From Laetmonice hystrix (Eukaryota), in the NCBI GenBank assembly GCA_965235115.1, contig OZ249451.1, forward strand, positions 20,150,001-20,214,000: a DNA stretch of 64,000 nt. The letters are read 5' to 3'. This document shows positions 50,902-63,736 of this stretch, in pieces. The position numbers and the translations under genes are program-made. The notes under the pieces were generated by a model. The model was not told the DNA's origin. It saw only the letters and a list, made by a program, of their open reading frames with translations, and did not search any database. Numbering within the stretch: position 1 is the first letter of the stretch; each line of letters starts with the position of its first letter.

Positions 50902-52539
50902 TGCCCCGTCTCTGGACCCGTCCCAGCGCAAACTCCTTCCAATGAGCCTCTCGGTTCCCTCAAGAAGAGGCTCATGGGAAGGAGTGTGGTCCCCACGGTG
51001 GCACAAGTCAGTAGGCTGCCGAATAGTCCGGTGGAAGGACTTCCGTTTTCGTAACGCTATGGTGTGTGAGTGATACGGCCGTGGGGGATTCTATATATCT
51101 ATATTCTTACCCGTGACATCACGGCAGTTCACTGACTTGAGCCCCAGCGGTCATTCTAAGGTTACGAAGACACGCCCTACTGACCTACATGTATATACCC
51201 CAAGATGTCTTCTAGCTCAAAGTTCCCTTGTTTATATGACCTAAATGTAATGTAAGTTGCCCTTGCTGTGAACTGTTCATTGTCAGTTTATTTCTTATTT
51301 TGTCGTTCATTACAAATACCTAATTATAAAAGGCTCCTACACGTTCATTTACGTATTTGTATATACACCGATTTATAGCTGCGAACATGTTTATTCCGAG
51401 CAGGACAAGCTGTGGGCTTATATAACGCCATTCTTTCATAAATCAGTTTTAGGCAAGTACTTTGTCATCATCATACTTCCATCATGTCGCTAATTTATCG
51501 GTAATAACAAGAATGGCCTTGCTCGGCAACACCACTAAAGAAAGAAAGAAAAAAAGGGAGAAAAACTTAAAACGTTTACGATGGTTTGGATTCGTGGAGA
51601 AACGCACGTGGCGTGGGAAATATAGAGATATAACGGTTTCCCAAATCATCCCCGCCTTCTCAACTAAAAAAAAACGAAAGAAAACCCCTTAATTTTGAAC
51701 GTCTTTGCGGACACAACGATATATACACTGCTTTGTAAGACATCGGGCTCCTGTTCGACTGTGTACCAACTCTTATCGATACAACGTTCACAAAGAACCT
51801 GTAATTTTGTTTTTTCATGGTACACTTAAAGCGAGGCCCGTCAAGAAATGATGGCCGTGTTTGTAAAACTAAACGATCCAACAATGGCACAACCATAATG
51901 GGTAAGTTATCTGGCAGTTTTACATCAGGAGCACACTAGTCTGTGTATCGATTGGTTTGCCTATCTGGGTCAGGCCACTGAATGGCGTTTTTTTATCCGG
52001 CGTTTGCTTGGTTGTGTATTCTTGAAGAACTGCCTCAAACTGTAATGTGTTGTTTGTGTGAGTCGTAACAATGAAGAGGTAACGTAGAATGTTATTGTTC
52101 CCATGGAAACCATGCAGAGAGACCAGTCTCTTCATCTCTCGTATAGGCCGCAGTGTTCTTTCTCTCTCAGCTTACTGCGAGTGATTCTGGCTATTTGAGG
52201 TATCCAGATGACAAAATGTTCACAATTTTTAATGATATTAGTTATCGAATAATGGGGATGTATTCTGTTGATTCCTGTTAGAATATCCCGTGCGCTTAGC
52301 TTATATTCGTTGTTGTTCCGAACGCCCTGGGAAAGCGTCCTTGATTCCAACACTTGCCCACCATATGCCGTCTCCCATCATTGTCATCGGCCGGCCACAT
52401 TTCTGGCACGTTTTACATTACTGTTAGAATCCCGTGCGGAGGTCGGAATCGAGCCAGTTGTTGTGAGAGTCCGATGTAATATTTAGAAGTGCTGAAAGAT
52501 TTCCCCGTTGATGGGTAAATCCGAGTGTCGGTGGCGGGA

Positions 52540-53010
52540 GGGTAGTGGGGGAGGGAGGGAGGGTTGGCCCGCCCTCCCGCCTGCATGCTCACGGAGGCGG
52601 GGATGGTCCGGCGTCAGGCGGGCTGAGCGCTCGGTCCGCCCGGCCCCCGGCCCCCGGTACGGTCCCCGGCTCGGCCCCGCCCGCCCCGTGCAGTCGGCGC
52701 CCCGTCCCCGCTCATCCATCTCTGTCCCCCGGCCCAACACCTGGAGCTCCCCGGACCAGTGATCAACGGCAGCGTCGACGATGGAACCTCGGCGGCCGAT
52801 TTGTCTGACGCCGGGCCGCGCGGGCTGAGGTCGAGCGGGAGGGCGGGGGCCACACGTACAGCCCTGACGGGGCGAAGTGAGGCGGAGCCCGGTCGCTGGT
52901 CGTCAGCCGGCCCCGGCCGGCCCCGGCCCCGGCCCCAGCCCCGGTCCGGCCCCCGCCCCCGCCCGGTCCCGGCCCCGGCCGCCTGCCTGTCGCCGGCTCC
53001 CACCCACCCC
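52540..53010. other. GC/CpG-rich island
   Basis: Dense ccggcccc/ccgccc runs and many CpG. The overlapping Pro/Arg/Gly ORFs reflect base composition. Confidence 0.75.
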
Positions 53011-53306
53011 CTCCCGACCTTCCCACCTGCCATACATTCATCATATACACGTGCACGTTTCCATGTTCTAACCAACGAGAATTCTAACCAAGCCGAGGCG
53101 ACTGTAGCTTATTCCGAGATGGACTGACCTCAACCTCTCCACCAAATTCTCCCCTTCACAACTTGAGCAAACCCCGCCAGGACAAGGTTACAAGCACAGG
53201 GCGGGAACCCATAATTATTTGTGTTCATTTGTTTATCTTTCTCTATTATTATGTTTTCTTTCTCTCCTATATTTGTTTCTGCATGTTTCCTTTTTGTTTT
53301 TCTGTG

Positions 53307-53309
<3 letters not shown>

Positions 53310-53363
<54 letters not shown>
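53310..53363. repeat. (AG)n microsatellite
   Basis: About 21 pure ag units plus a degenerate tail. Confidence 0.96.
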
Positions 53364-53972
53364 GAGTATGAACTACCTATATGCCCCTGTTCATGACAAA
53401 TCCGCTGTTCTAAATTTGTGCTCCCTTCCAAAAAGATCTAGGTAATAAACCGGGGCTATCACTATAATCTTATCGTCTTATTGTCTGGTTTTGTATATAA
53501 TCACAGTGCCAGTTTTTATTATCTACATTGGTAATTGTTGTACCAAATAAAAGCGCGGAAAGTGATCTATGTGAACACATGGCAACATGTGTTCATTCTA
53601 TTTATACACACCGAGCGCTTTGAACCTACTTCTATGTAAATACTTTGGTAAAGACCTCTTAATAAAACAATAATTATTTACCTACCTGCAAAATAATGTG
53701 TGCAATTATTTTTTGTTAAATGGAATGAACCTATACAGTTGTACTGACATGCTACATAGATTTGGGACAACAGACAAAAACTGACATAAACGAACTCTGT
53801 GGTCATGCCTTTTGTAGCAAAATAAAATTTTGAAAAATAATGTATAATAAAACAGAAATCTGCTACACCCCTCAGGAGGAGGTTTAAGGTCGAGTTTCTG
53901 TGTAGAAACTGAGAATTTCGTACAATTTCCGTTTGTCCGTCCGCTCACACGAGCTCTGCTTCGCGTCCAACA

Positions 53973-54192
53973 CCAATCCAAAATGGCGCCCAGGCCAACG
54001 CACGCTTCGAAAATACGTTTAACGAAAACTCAAAATAACGCCAACTGATTTTAATTCTTCCTCGACGAGACCCTTTGAGAGGACGTTGCCATGCCATCGT
54101 ACAGAAATAAACGCGTTTATATTTCGAGAAATGTGAGTTTATCGACGATGTTACGTTAAATATAGGTCGCAATCGGTCCCGCCGCCATTTTG
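53973..54192. promoter_or_regulatory. YY1/Pho-type motif pair with CCAAT box
   Basis: ccaat at 53973, caaaatggcg at 53979-53988 and gccgccattttg at 54181-54192 (opposite orientation). Confidence 0.4.
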
Positions 54193-57100
54193 GAAAATCT
54201 CGCAGCGGGAGGAACACGAAATGGATGAGTTGACAGTAACGGGGCGAGCTGGTCGGGACTGGCGATAAAACGGTACGTACCTCATCCTCTACCTCATACC
54301 AACCTCACCTAGTCCTCTCAACATCTACCGACAAACAATAACACGACATTTTTTTTTTATCCGCGCGAGTTCGAATATGTCGGAGTGCCGCCCGTGTTCA
54401 AGTTGCATGAATCGTGAGGCTCGGAGGTAGAATTTTAACATGGCCACCTTCTATATGAATATCGAGCGCTCCTGAAGGTGTTTCCACGCCAGAGATCTTT
54501 TCCTCAGGCATCCCCGGACATCAACATAAATATATCAATGTCTGCCCAGTGGCTGGAGACCCGAAAAATAATCATTACTTACATGTACAAATGTCAGGGT
54601 TGGTGCTGCTATAGTGCTGCGGCTGACACAAATACGTGTCGGAAACAATGCTAACAATTAGACAATGTAGGACACGTTAAGGTCAACCTATGTTTGCTGC
54701 CCTAGGGAACATCAATAAATATATTAATATAACATGTACACCAGTCGTGGGTTTATATTTTAGTCTATTTCGTTGACGTTGTTATATTTTCTATAATGTA
54801 GCACGGCCTGTTTGGTATTGTGGATGAAATACCATGTAGCTAAACTAAAATATTTTTCTCACCCTAAAGAATACAGTATTTTATCATTTGGACTCCAAAG
54901 AAAATCGAAAAGGAGATTGAGATGAAATACTAGCCGTAACCATAGTTTGTAAATGTGTGTTATTCACCAAAGACAGTGGGATAATCAGACTATGATTCCC
55001 CAACGTGTGCTACTCGATCATTACTGTCCTCCAGGACCAGGTACTCACTGGTTGCAATCTCCCATCGAGAACACGGCCAAATCGGTTAGCAAATGATGTT
55101 AGTTGTTTATCAGGCCGTGCTCGTGCCGACATACAATATTTAGGATTTCTCCCTGGAAGGCTTTACATCAAATGTGTGGATGATATCGGGCGAGAGTATG
55201 TGCTTCCAATTTGTGCGAGGTCGAGCACTTCGGGTGCGCCTGGGTTCAAGTCCATATTCTTGGATCTCCCCACCAGTTTCTCCTCTATTCCCCTCCTGCC
55301 CCCCTACCCTCCCCCCACCCCTCCTCCCCCTCCCCCTCCCCTACATTCACTCTACTACACTGAGAAGAATCCATATTTGTTTCTGTACTTTACCACCCAC
55401 CACCGTTATGAAATGGGTAGCATGCTGCTCGCCTGAACGGGGTTCTCAAATACAGGGTGCCCCGGTCACCTTTTAACCCTCAACCCCTTCTCTCCCTCTC
55501 TCCCTCCTCCTCCTGCTCCTCCCCTCTCTCTCCTCCCCCTCTCTCTCTCCCCGCTCCGTCCCAGTCCGACGGACGCGCCAGTAATTTGGTTGCACCATCT
55601 TCCCTGCCCTCACCTCGGCTGCTGAGGCTGACTCTAGGTCACATGTATATATGCTATCACCCACCTCTCAGATCCCCATCATCTCCGAGAAGATGAATTG
55701 GTTTGGAAGACAACATCTACGTCACAATGAAGAATATCGTTTCCGTCCTTCTAGACTCACTGAAGTCAATTTGTTAAACCGTAGCTGTAGCAACTGTGAC
55801 TGTGGAGCCAGATGGAGCGAGAGGACCGGCCCCGGTTTCTCGACATGCGCCATCTGCCCCCCCCCCCTGGTATTTTTTAAAACCGCGATATCGTCACAGG
55901 GACTTGAAAGAAAACTGTAGGCGGCATGTTGTGAAGTCTTTTGTTCCTTTTGTCGGCAGTCGACTAGAAACGGCTCTAGAGGTTGACAGCAGGTTTTGAC
56001 AGTCCGTCTAACTGCAGGAATTGTTCGAAATGTTTCGTTGACACTTCTCCGGGGTTGTCTGTTCAGTCACAAAAACCAAAGCAACCTCTATAGACCTCCA
56101 TCGACATCTCTTTCATGGTTCAAGAAAAAATACATTGAATCTTATTTTTACAACTTGATATGTGAAGAAGTCCTCACTCAACAGAAAAAAGTTATTCGCA
56201 ACGAAAATTGTATGTTCTCCAGACATGATGTTTGGATATATCTGGCAGATTTAATTCAAAGAAAGAAGGAAAGAAAACACATTTAACTGAGTGAACACGA
56301 GGAAACCACTCGCGTGCAATATCTCACTTGACCTACATTCAGCTTTATTGTAGTTCCCACCAACGCTCAGCCAGACCGGTTTTTTTTATATCCTCCACAT
56401 CATAAACTCTGCATGACGCCTGTATTCTGTAGCTGTAGCTCTAGGGTATCCCTGTATATTATACAGTGTTCGGGTGTATCTGTTACATATGTATAGAGGT
56501 TCGCGTGTTGCACTGATGAGCTGGGAGCTGGGAGACCTCGTGCTAATCCATGTAAATATTGATTTTGGCATCAGGAGTCAGACCTGTTTGTGTGGACGCC
56601 ACCATTGGTTTGATAACGTTCCTCATTGAGAAATATCACCGTGTGTTACAGAATCTTTATTCTTGATGGGAAATAATTATTCCATTACTGACCTCGCTCG
56701 TAAATCAAGAATCCCCAGGCTGGGATAACTTCGTGAGATGGTATTGAGCGGGAGAAGCAGCACAAGGAAGTAGGTCACACTCAAACCCGAATTTCTTGCT
56801 GGGTACACTTGAGCGATATAGGCCTATTATACGCTCTGCGTTTATTGTTTGAGAGGCCCTTTTGCCTGCCTGGCGGTGCTGCTACATGGGCAGCAATCGT
56901 GTTTGCCGTTAATATACGACCGGCCACCGTAGCGGCCCGCTCCCCCCGCCCGCCCGCCCGCTCCCCCCGCCAGGCCGACCGGTCGACCGGTCGACCCGCT
57001 CGTCGCTTTATGTCGTTTTTAGTGCCGCACTCTCGGCCCGATCACCGTCCAACATCTTTATTTCTCGTTGATATGTTCTCTCAACCACCACAGTCATCAC

Positions 57101-57884
57101 TACAGAGATTGTGGCGGGGCAGGGCCACAGCTATTGAACGTTTCCACAATATTCACACTCAGTTTGTTTCGTTTATTTCGTTAGATGCAATATTTCCAGT
57201 TCGTTTCGATTGGAATTGGGGCTGTGGATAGAAGGTAACCATGATCTGAGAATTGTTTGTTACACCCTCTCTCTATATCCTCTCTCTTCCCTCTCTATAC
57301 CCTCTCCCTCTCTTAATCTCTCCTCACAATGAACGCATACGTTTGATGGTATACTCCCATTGAGAAACAATTGCTCATTGTTTAAGAAGTCTAACTGGTT
57401 ATGTCCTGACCCCAAAAACCGCGGAGTGCACCATTTTGTATGACCTATAGAGTAACCCACTTTTGTAAGATGTAGACCATTTCTTCATCAATCTCTGTAA
57501 ACTCGACACAGTAAATGGATTTTGCTTTGACAGTATGCAGGGATCCTGAGCGAGCCTCAACCCGAGATGTTTGTTCATCGATCACTTCCGGCAATCGTTT
57601 TACATCCGTTTTTTCCGTTATTGACTACCGTCACACTGAAATAAGGATGAAAAAAAATTATATATGTGTGCTTGGTTCTATCCGCTTCAAATTGCTTTGT
57701 GTTTCTATTTGGGTTCGTTGGAAAAAAACGTTTTCTCTCCTTTTCTACACTCATTTTTTATGCTTTCTCCTTCATCTCCCCTTTTTCATGACTGAAAATT
57801 GTAAACCGTCTTAGAAAATAGATAGAGTAATCTAATTGGATTTTCTGCCCATCACCAAGTCTTTTTCTGAGTTGGTTTTCTATC

Positions 57885-58304
57885 TTCGGACCAGGCGGTA
57901 GCGCCTAGTTTCGCCTGGGTTTGGTTTGTTCGGACCAGGCGGGTTTGGTTTGTTCGGTCCAGGCGGTAGCGCCTAGTGTCGCCTGGGTTTGGTTTGTTTG
58001 GACCAGGCGGGTTTGGTTGTTCGTACCAGGCGGTAGCGCCTAGTTTCGCCTGGGTTTGGTTTGTTCGGACCAGGCGGTGGCGCCTAGTTTCGCCTGGGTT
58101 GGGTTTGTTCGGACCAGGCGGTGGCGCCTAGTGTCGCCTGGGTTTGGTTTGTTCGGACCAGGCGGTGGCGCCTAGTGTCGCCTGGGTTTGGTTTGTTCGG
58201 ACCAGGCGGTGGCCCCTAGTTTCGCCTGGGTTTGGTTTGTTCGGACCAGGCGGTGGCGCCTAGTTTCGCCTGGGTTGGGTTGTTCGGACCAGGCGGTGGC
58301 CCCT
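57885..58304. repeat. Minisatellite, 44-bp unit with interspersed half-units, about 9-10 units
   Basis: Consensus is ggtttgttcggaccaggcggtggcgcctagtttcgcctgggttt. Each full unit has the inverted repeat ccaggcg...cgcctgg. Confidence 0.93.
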
Positions 58305-59699
58305 ATATTTTTGGTGGTCACGACCAGTTAACCTTTCGCTCGGACACAGGAGCCCGGGGAATATTGAACGTGTCATCTCGCCATGGCAGTAACCGGGCAC
58401 ATAAATCAACTTCTCCCGGGACGGGAATAAATCCACGGGTTTTCGTCCGGCCCCTACGTGTAAACAAAAGCCCGTCATGTTAAAATCGGCTAATCCTCCA
58501 CCGCTCTGCTCCTTGATTAGCGCTCCTGGCCATATGCCCGCTAAATCGTTCTTATCGCGTGGACCTGCCACACCTATTTAACCTCCGATTGGTTGAGTCG
58601 GTTTCAAGATCAAAGGTCAACAGAACGCCTTCATTTCATATTTATTTCATTAAAATTCAGCGTTGATTTTTGCCGATATTTATAGATAGTATTGGGACTT
58701 GTATATATCGAAAAAAAAACACGGAACAAGGATTTCTATATGTAAAAACGCTCACAAGAACTCGCTGGAATCGTTTCTGGGGAAGACAAACTAACAGGGA
58801 AATGGAGAAGTGTTTAAACTGAATCCTATCACCAGTTTGACATAGAATCGGGGTCAGTACACGCAGCTGGCGTGGAAACAACATTACAACCGACAAAATC
58901 TTACAGAATCACGGCTAGTATTCCCTGAACAAACGAAAGCATCGACCACCCGATCTTTGCTAGGCTACCAGATTAAACATCATTAGGGGAGAACTTACAA
59001 CCAGCCAGGCCAGGTCTTATTAAACAACTGACCCGCCCGTCGCTAAGGCGTCGCCGACTTGGACGCACTCTAATGAAATGATCTTATAAAACTAAGAACA
59101 GAGAAAAAAAAGTCACTTAAATTTCCTGTGAGCTGTGTCTTGTCTTTCTGTCTGCCGTACATTGGCTGATAAGACATGGAAAAATTTGATGTGTTTGATG
59201 TGTTCTGTACTTTATTCCCGCCGTCCGTGTCGGCCTGTGGCAGCGATTAAATATGGATACAGAGGTTTTGACTAATCCTGCCTTGTTTGAGTGGATGAAT
59301 GACGAGACAAGGGTTGCATCGTGACATAGCGACGTTGATTGCTTGCTAGATTGTCATGTGTTTTCCTATCTGCCGCTGATTACCAACACAAATCGGTCAT
59401 TTTGAAGAGAAATGGCGATATTTTGGGTAAACAATGCTGTCGACCTTTTTCACGGCTTGCTGACTGGGTGGCTGTGGCAGGGACGCTATGATGTGACGTC
59501 ACACTGATGGTATCTCTGCACATTGATAAGAACACAGTAGCTAACTAGCATTCTTTGCCCCATTGTAATGATCCATTATGTCTGTAAGGGGAAAAACTGT
59601 ATCTGTCGATCTTCTTAGAGCTGTCTTTAGTCACGTTTGGAGCGTCGCTGTAGGCGCCAGGCTATCGGGAATACATCAACTATTGATCAAAACCACTCG

Positions 59700-60022
59700 N
59701 NNNNNNNNNNNNNNNNNNNNNNNNNNNNNNNNNNNNNNNNNNNNNNNNNNNNNNNNNNNNNNNNNNNNNNNNNNNNNNNNNNNNNNNNNNNNNNNNNNNN
59801 NNNNNNNNNNNNNNNNNNNNNNNNNNNNNNNNNNNNNNNNNNNNNNNNNNNNNNNNNNNNNNNNNNNNNNNNNNNNNNNNNNNNNNNNNNNNNNNNNNNN
59901 NNNNNNNNNNNNNNNNNNNNNNNNNNNNNNNNNNNNNNNNNNNNNNNNNNNNNNNNNNNNNNNNNNNNNNNNNNNNNNNNNNNNNNNNNNNNNNNNNNNN
60001 NNNNNNNNNNNNNNNNNNNNNN
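59700..60022. other. Assembly gap or masked run (323 N)
   Basis: N run. Confidence 0.98.
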
Positions 60023-61793
60023 TTTCACACACAGGGACAGTTTCTGAATAATGTTGTTGTTCATGTGACTGGTCTGCTGAAATACCCTCCAATTTCCTTG
60101 TCCAATTAACTGAATCGTAAGCGTATCTCAGTGACAACTATCAGACAGTTGAAGGAAACAAACGGTTGATTCACAACATATCGCCAGAGGTTGGGCTTTA
60201 CATCTGCTATTTATTGTGTCAAGAACTGACACTTAAGATCAAAGTTCCATATCCGAAAAAAAATAAAAAAAGAACAAAAAAAGGAGCCTTAACTTCAGGG
60301 CATTCCAGAGTAAAATACCTCAAGTCTGCCTTCGCTACATCTTTTGTATTTGTGCATGTCCGTAGAGGACACAGTCATGCGTTTACATGTGTCATGAGGT
60401 TCGAACTCCGGGCCAAGGACTTAGATGTAATTAGAAAGACCCCAGGAAACATGATCTCGGCAGAGGGCGCACAGATAGCCCAGCCCCTGTGACTGGAGCA
60501 CCGCCCCGGCCGGTCAAACATACATACTACACCGGCTTCGGAACCCATACGGGAACCCTCAAAACCCTGACCGACGTGCTATGCGAGACACGCCAGGCTG
60601 TGTACTTGACGGACTCTGACAGGGAGGGAGGGAGGCGGCCAGGGAGGCCAGGGAGGGCAGGGGAGGGCGAACTGAGATGAACCGCACAGATGCTGCACGG
60701 TTGAGCCTGTCAGACTGCCACTAATCGCTCTACAAAGTTCTGCCCTCCACGAGAAACTCGTGAACGGGGTCAGGGTAGAGACATACACAGACCAAAATGT
60801 CCCGGATTGTTGGAGGTGGGGCTGATGGAAAACATGCCCCAAAATAAAACTCAAGGGTTCGGGAATGTCCTAAACCCGTCACATACAAATGGGAGAGAGA
60901 GAGGCAGATGGGAAGAAAGTCGGAGATTGGGCATACCGATGTAGTTCATTTCAAAACAAACCCAAAAGTTTCAAATATAAATGCGAGGTGTTACTTTTTA
61001 AAGAATAAAACAGGTGAAAGAGCATACATGTAATGGAGTAAAATGTTCGAAAGAAGCGTTGACTACATGTTTATTGTCAGGGAAACCGAAGACAGAACTT
61101 TCAGTTTATCTCCTTCAACACATAACGGTAAACGATACGTTATAGGCAGCCAAATGTTCGACATTGACAGTGACATTCGTAAAGAAAAACATGAACTAGC
61201 CACTGGATTGGGAGTTTTTAATCATTGCATCATAACAGTGGCGAATTTATCACAGACATAAAACATGTAGAACCTTTCAGACTTCATAACAAACTTTTTT
61301 TTACACAAAGATCGCCATGCTATCTTCGCAAATGAAAAACAACAAAACAACAAAGCATATACTCTCAGCATACTCTCAGCATTTTAAAACAAAAGTACAA
61401 TTGAAACACACAGAAAGAGGCCAGCGAAATATACTTTTAAACTTTCACAACTCACGCCTGCTGTAAAACAATTGTTGTTTTCCAATACGCCACGAGTCCT
61501 TGGTGCTTTGCCCTCGCAAACACCTTTCAAAGTTGAAAGTTATTCCGAACTGGCTTTCCTGGAAGACAGCATGTTAATTAGGTAGAAAGGATGGCCAAGA
61601 GGGTCGTGTGCTCTCGGGTTGAGCTGATAAGATAACGCGATACCTTTATGACTTAAGTCAGTCAAAAACAAAGGCTGTCAACGTGGCACGCGAGCACGTC
61701 AATTGCGGGTTTGTGCTTACATTTAATAAGCACGTGTGATGGACACTAACTTTCCAATGGTTGGCGTTGCCAAGGCGTGTACGGCTTCTACAG

Positions 61794-61807
61794 GTTGCCA
61801 TGGCAAC
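61794..61807. promoter_or_regulatory. RFX X-box (perfect palindrome)
   Basis: gttgccatggcaac, about 1.4 kb upstream of the Hox ATG at 63190. Confidence 0.5.
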
Positions 61808-62984
61808 ATCGGCTTTAATAATCGTAAAATCGCGCAAACACGCATGAGCACCTGTGCGTTTAGAAGCAGACGAAACAACTGTATACGTGTAAGAAGTAAT
61901 TACTTTGCTGAAAGTGCAGGAAAACGCAACTATGTAATTAAACGACCCCTATCAAATATTCTGGTTTGATACCTATGCGGTACAGTATCATCTTCCGTCC
62001 GAACCATTGTTTCATGTACGTGAAAAACGTTGCTACATTTGCTCAAAAGGATCATCAATTTTAAAAAGTAGCAATTTTACTTAATGTTCAAAAGAGAATG
62101 TGTTAAAAATTAAAAGTCCTCATGTTTCTTGATCAGCCAACAGGACCAGCCCGCTTTGACAAATGGCGAAGGGGTCAAATAATTTCACACTGCAACCACA
62201 TAAAGAATCAACCACTTGACCCGGTCTGGTTGGTTGTTTTATCGTTCCTCTCACCCCACCTCCCGACAAGATCAACACACTTTTTTCCCCACATGCATCA
62301 AGTGCATTAGGATGCGTTTAAAAGTTCAGTCCACATCAAATGATAGAAACAAACGCTATGCGGTTACAAGTGTCGCTGTCTCTTCAGAAAAAAATGACAC
62401 CTCACTAAAAACTGGCCATTTGAAGGAACATCAAGAGAGCATCGAACCTGACCAGACATACACCAAGTCGTCCTCCTGTGTGGCATATATCAGCCTGATA
62501 CTTGTGAATTTTATCACACCCAACTTGAAGGCACAGCCTTTCAGTTTCCCACTTATAGTGTCAATTAGAATTTCTGCAATGTCCAGTGAAATGTGTCATT
62601 AGTGGCGATTGCGTACAAAGGGCGCTCAGAAATGGTCAATTGACATTGTTGGGGGTCGGGGTGTAATAATATCGTATTGCCCTACACGCCTGGGCGGTGC
62701 CCCCTGAACTTTACCTCTCGTACCTCCAATCAGCCAGTTTTACAACAAAAATGCCCCCATTCCGCCTGAGCATTGCCCACCCTGACAGTGGAACCCCCCT
62801 ATAGAACGGCGCGGAATTTACAAGACCCTGGTCCCCTCATCCCTATCCCCACGACGTCACGACCATACAATGCTCCCCCAGTGTCCTCCCCCCCCCCCCC
62901 CCATCCACCCACGGAATCCCATCTCTTTGCCACTCACTAAAGCAATCCTATTCAAAACAGTATTTTGGTCAGCACGCGTGTCTT

Positions 62985-63189
62985 GACTGTAATTAATGGG
63001 TTTTCTAGTAATGTATGCCGGGATGGCCTAGTTCTGCAGGGGCCGCGGTCATGTGACCCGTATCTTATCGCTGATTGGCGGGAGGTCGTCACGTGGGTTT
63101 GATTATGGCCGATATTATTTGGTCAATCTTGTCGACATGTTTTAGAAGGCGAGCCCGGCCACAAATCATTGGACTGAATTACGGGCATT
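62985..63189 (+). promoter_or_regulatory. Proximal promoter / 5' leader of the downstream Hox gene
   Basis: taattaatgg (homeodomain-type site), ggtcatgtgacc (63047-63058), ctgattggc (reverse CCAAT, about 63071) and gtcacgtgg (E-box, about 63087), directly upstream of the ATG. Confidence 0.55.
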
Positions 63190-63736
63190 ATGAGCTCGTA
63201 CTACAGCGGTATCCCTCTGGCAAACTTGCCGAATGGTGGAACTCAGGATCCTTTCCATGTTCACGAAGGCAAATATGAGTCGAGCTACTACGGCGGCAGC
63301 GGCGGCGGGGTTGGCGGGTACGGAGACGGGGACCCGCAGCACCCTGGATTTCCCCGGTTTCCTCCCTACGATCGTATTGACATTCGGCCCATCACAGGAA
63401 AACCGGGCTACAACCATGCCCACGCAAGTCTTTCCTCCTCTACGCCAGTCAGCGGAGGAGGTATATACCATCAGAACTCCTCGCTGGGGCCACAATATGG
63501 ACAGCAGGCTCAAAACGGCAGCACGGGGCAGTATTCGGGTGAAGATCTAAGTAGTTGTAAAGTGTCCGACTCTGGGCTTGTATCGCCGCCGCACGGGACC
63601 CCGCAAACACCCAGTCCTGGCCAACCTGGGCTTGTATCGCATCCATACAACGCTAATAATGCCTTGGGGAACGTCGTCAATGGAGTTCAACCACAGAATA
63701 TCCCAATCTACCCCTGGATGAGGCCCATGAATGGAG
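63190..63736 (+). CDS. Lox5: First coding exon of a central Hox gene, probably Lox5 (Hox6-like); homeobox exon lies outside the window
   Basis: MSSYY N-terminus typical of Hox SSYF-type starts, FPRFPPYDR (Antp/Lox5-type N-terminal motif) and IPIYPWMRPMNG hexapeptide, then a canonical donor g|gtaagt at 63736/63737 (phase 1; 547 nt = 182 codons + 1). The Hox call is strong. Lox5 is inferred from position 3' of an Antp-class gene on the same strand (about 0.6). Confidence 0.88.

Noticed and set aside
43461-53127. Pro/Gly/Arg-rich ORFs in the GC islands
   Set aside because: Stop-poor GC composition opens several frames on both strands, and there is no domain.
59578-60137. ORFs spanning N runs (also at 16.7, 31.3 and 32.5 kb)
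   Set aside because: Their length comes from undetermined bases.
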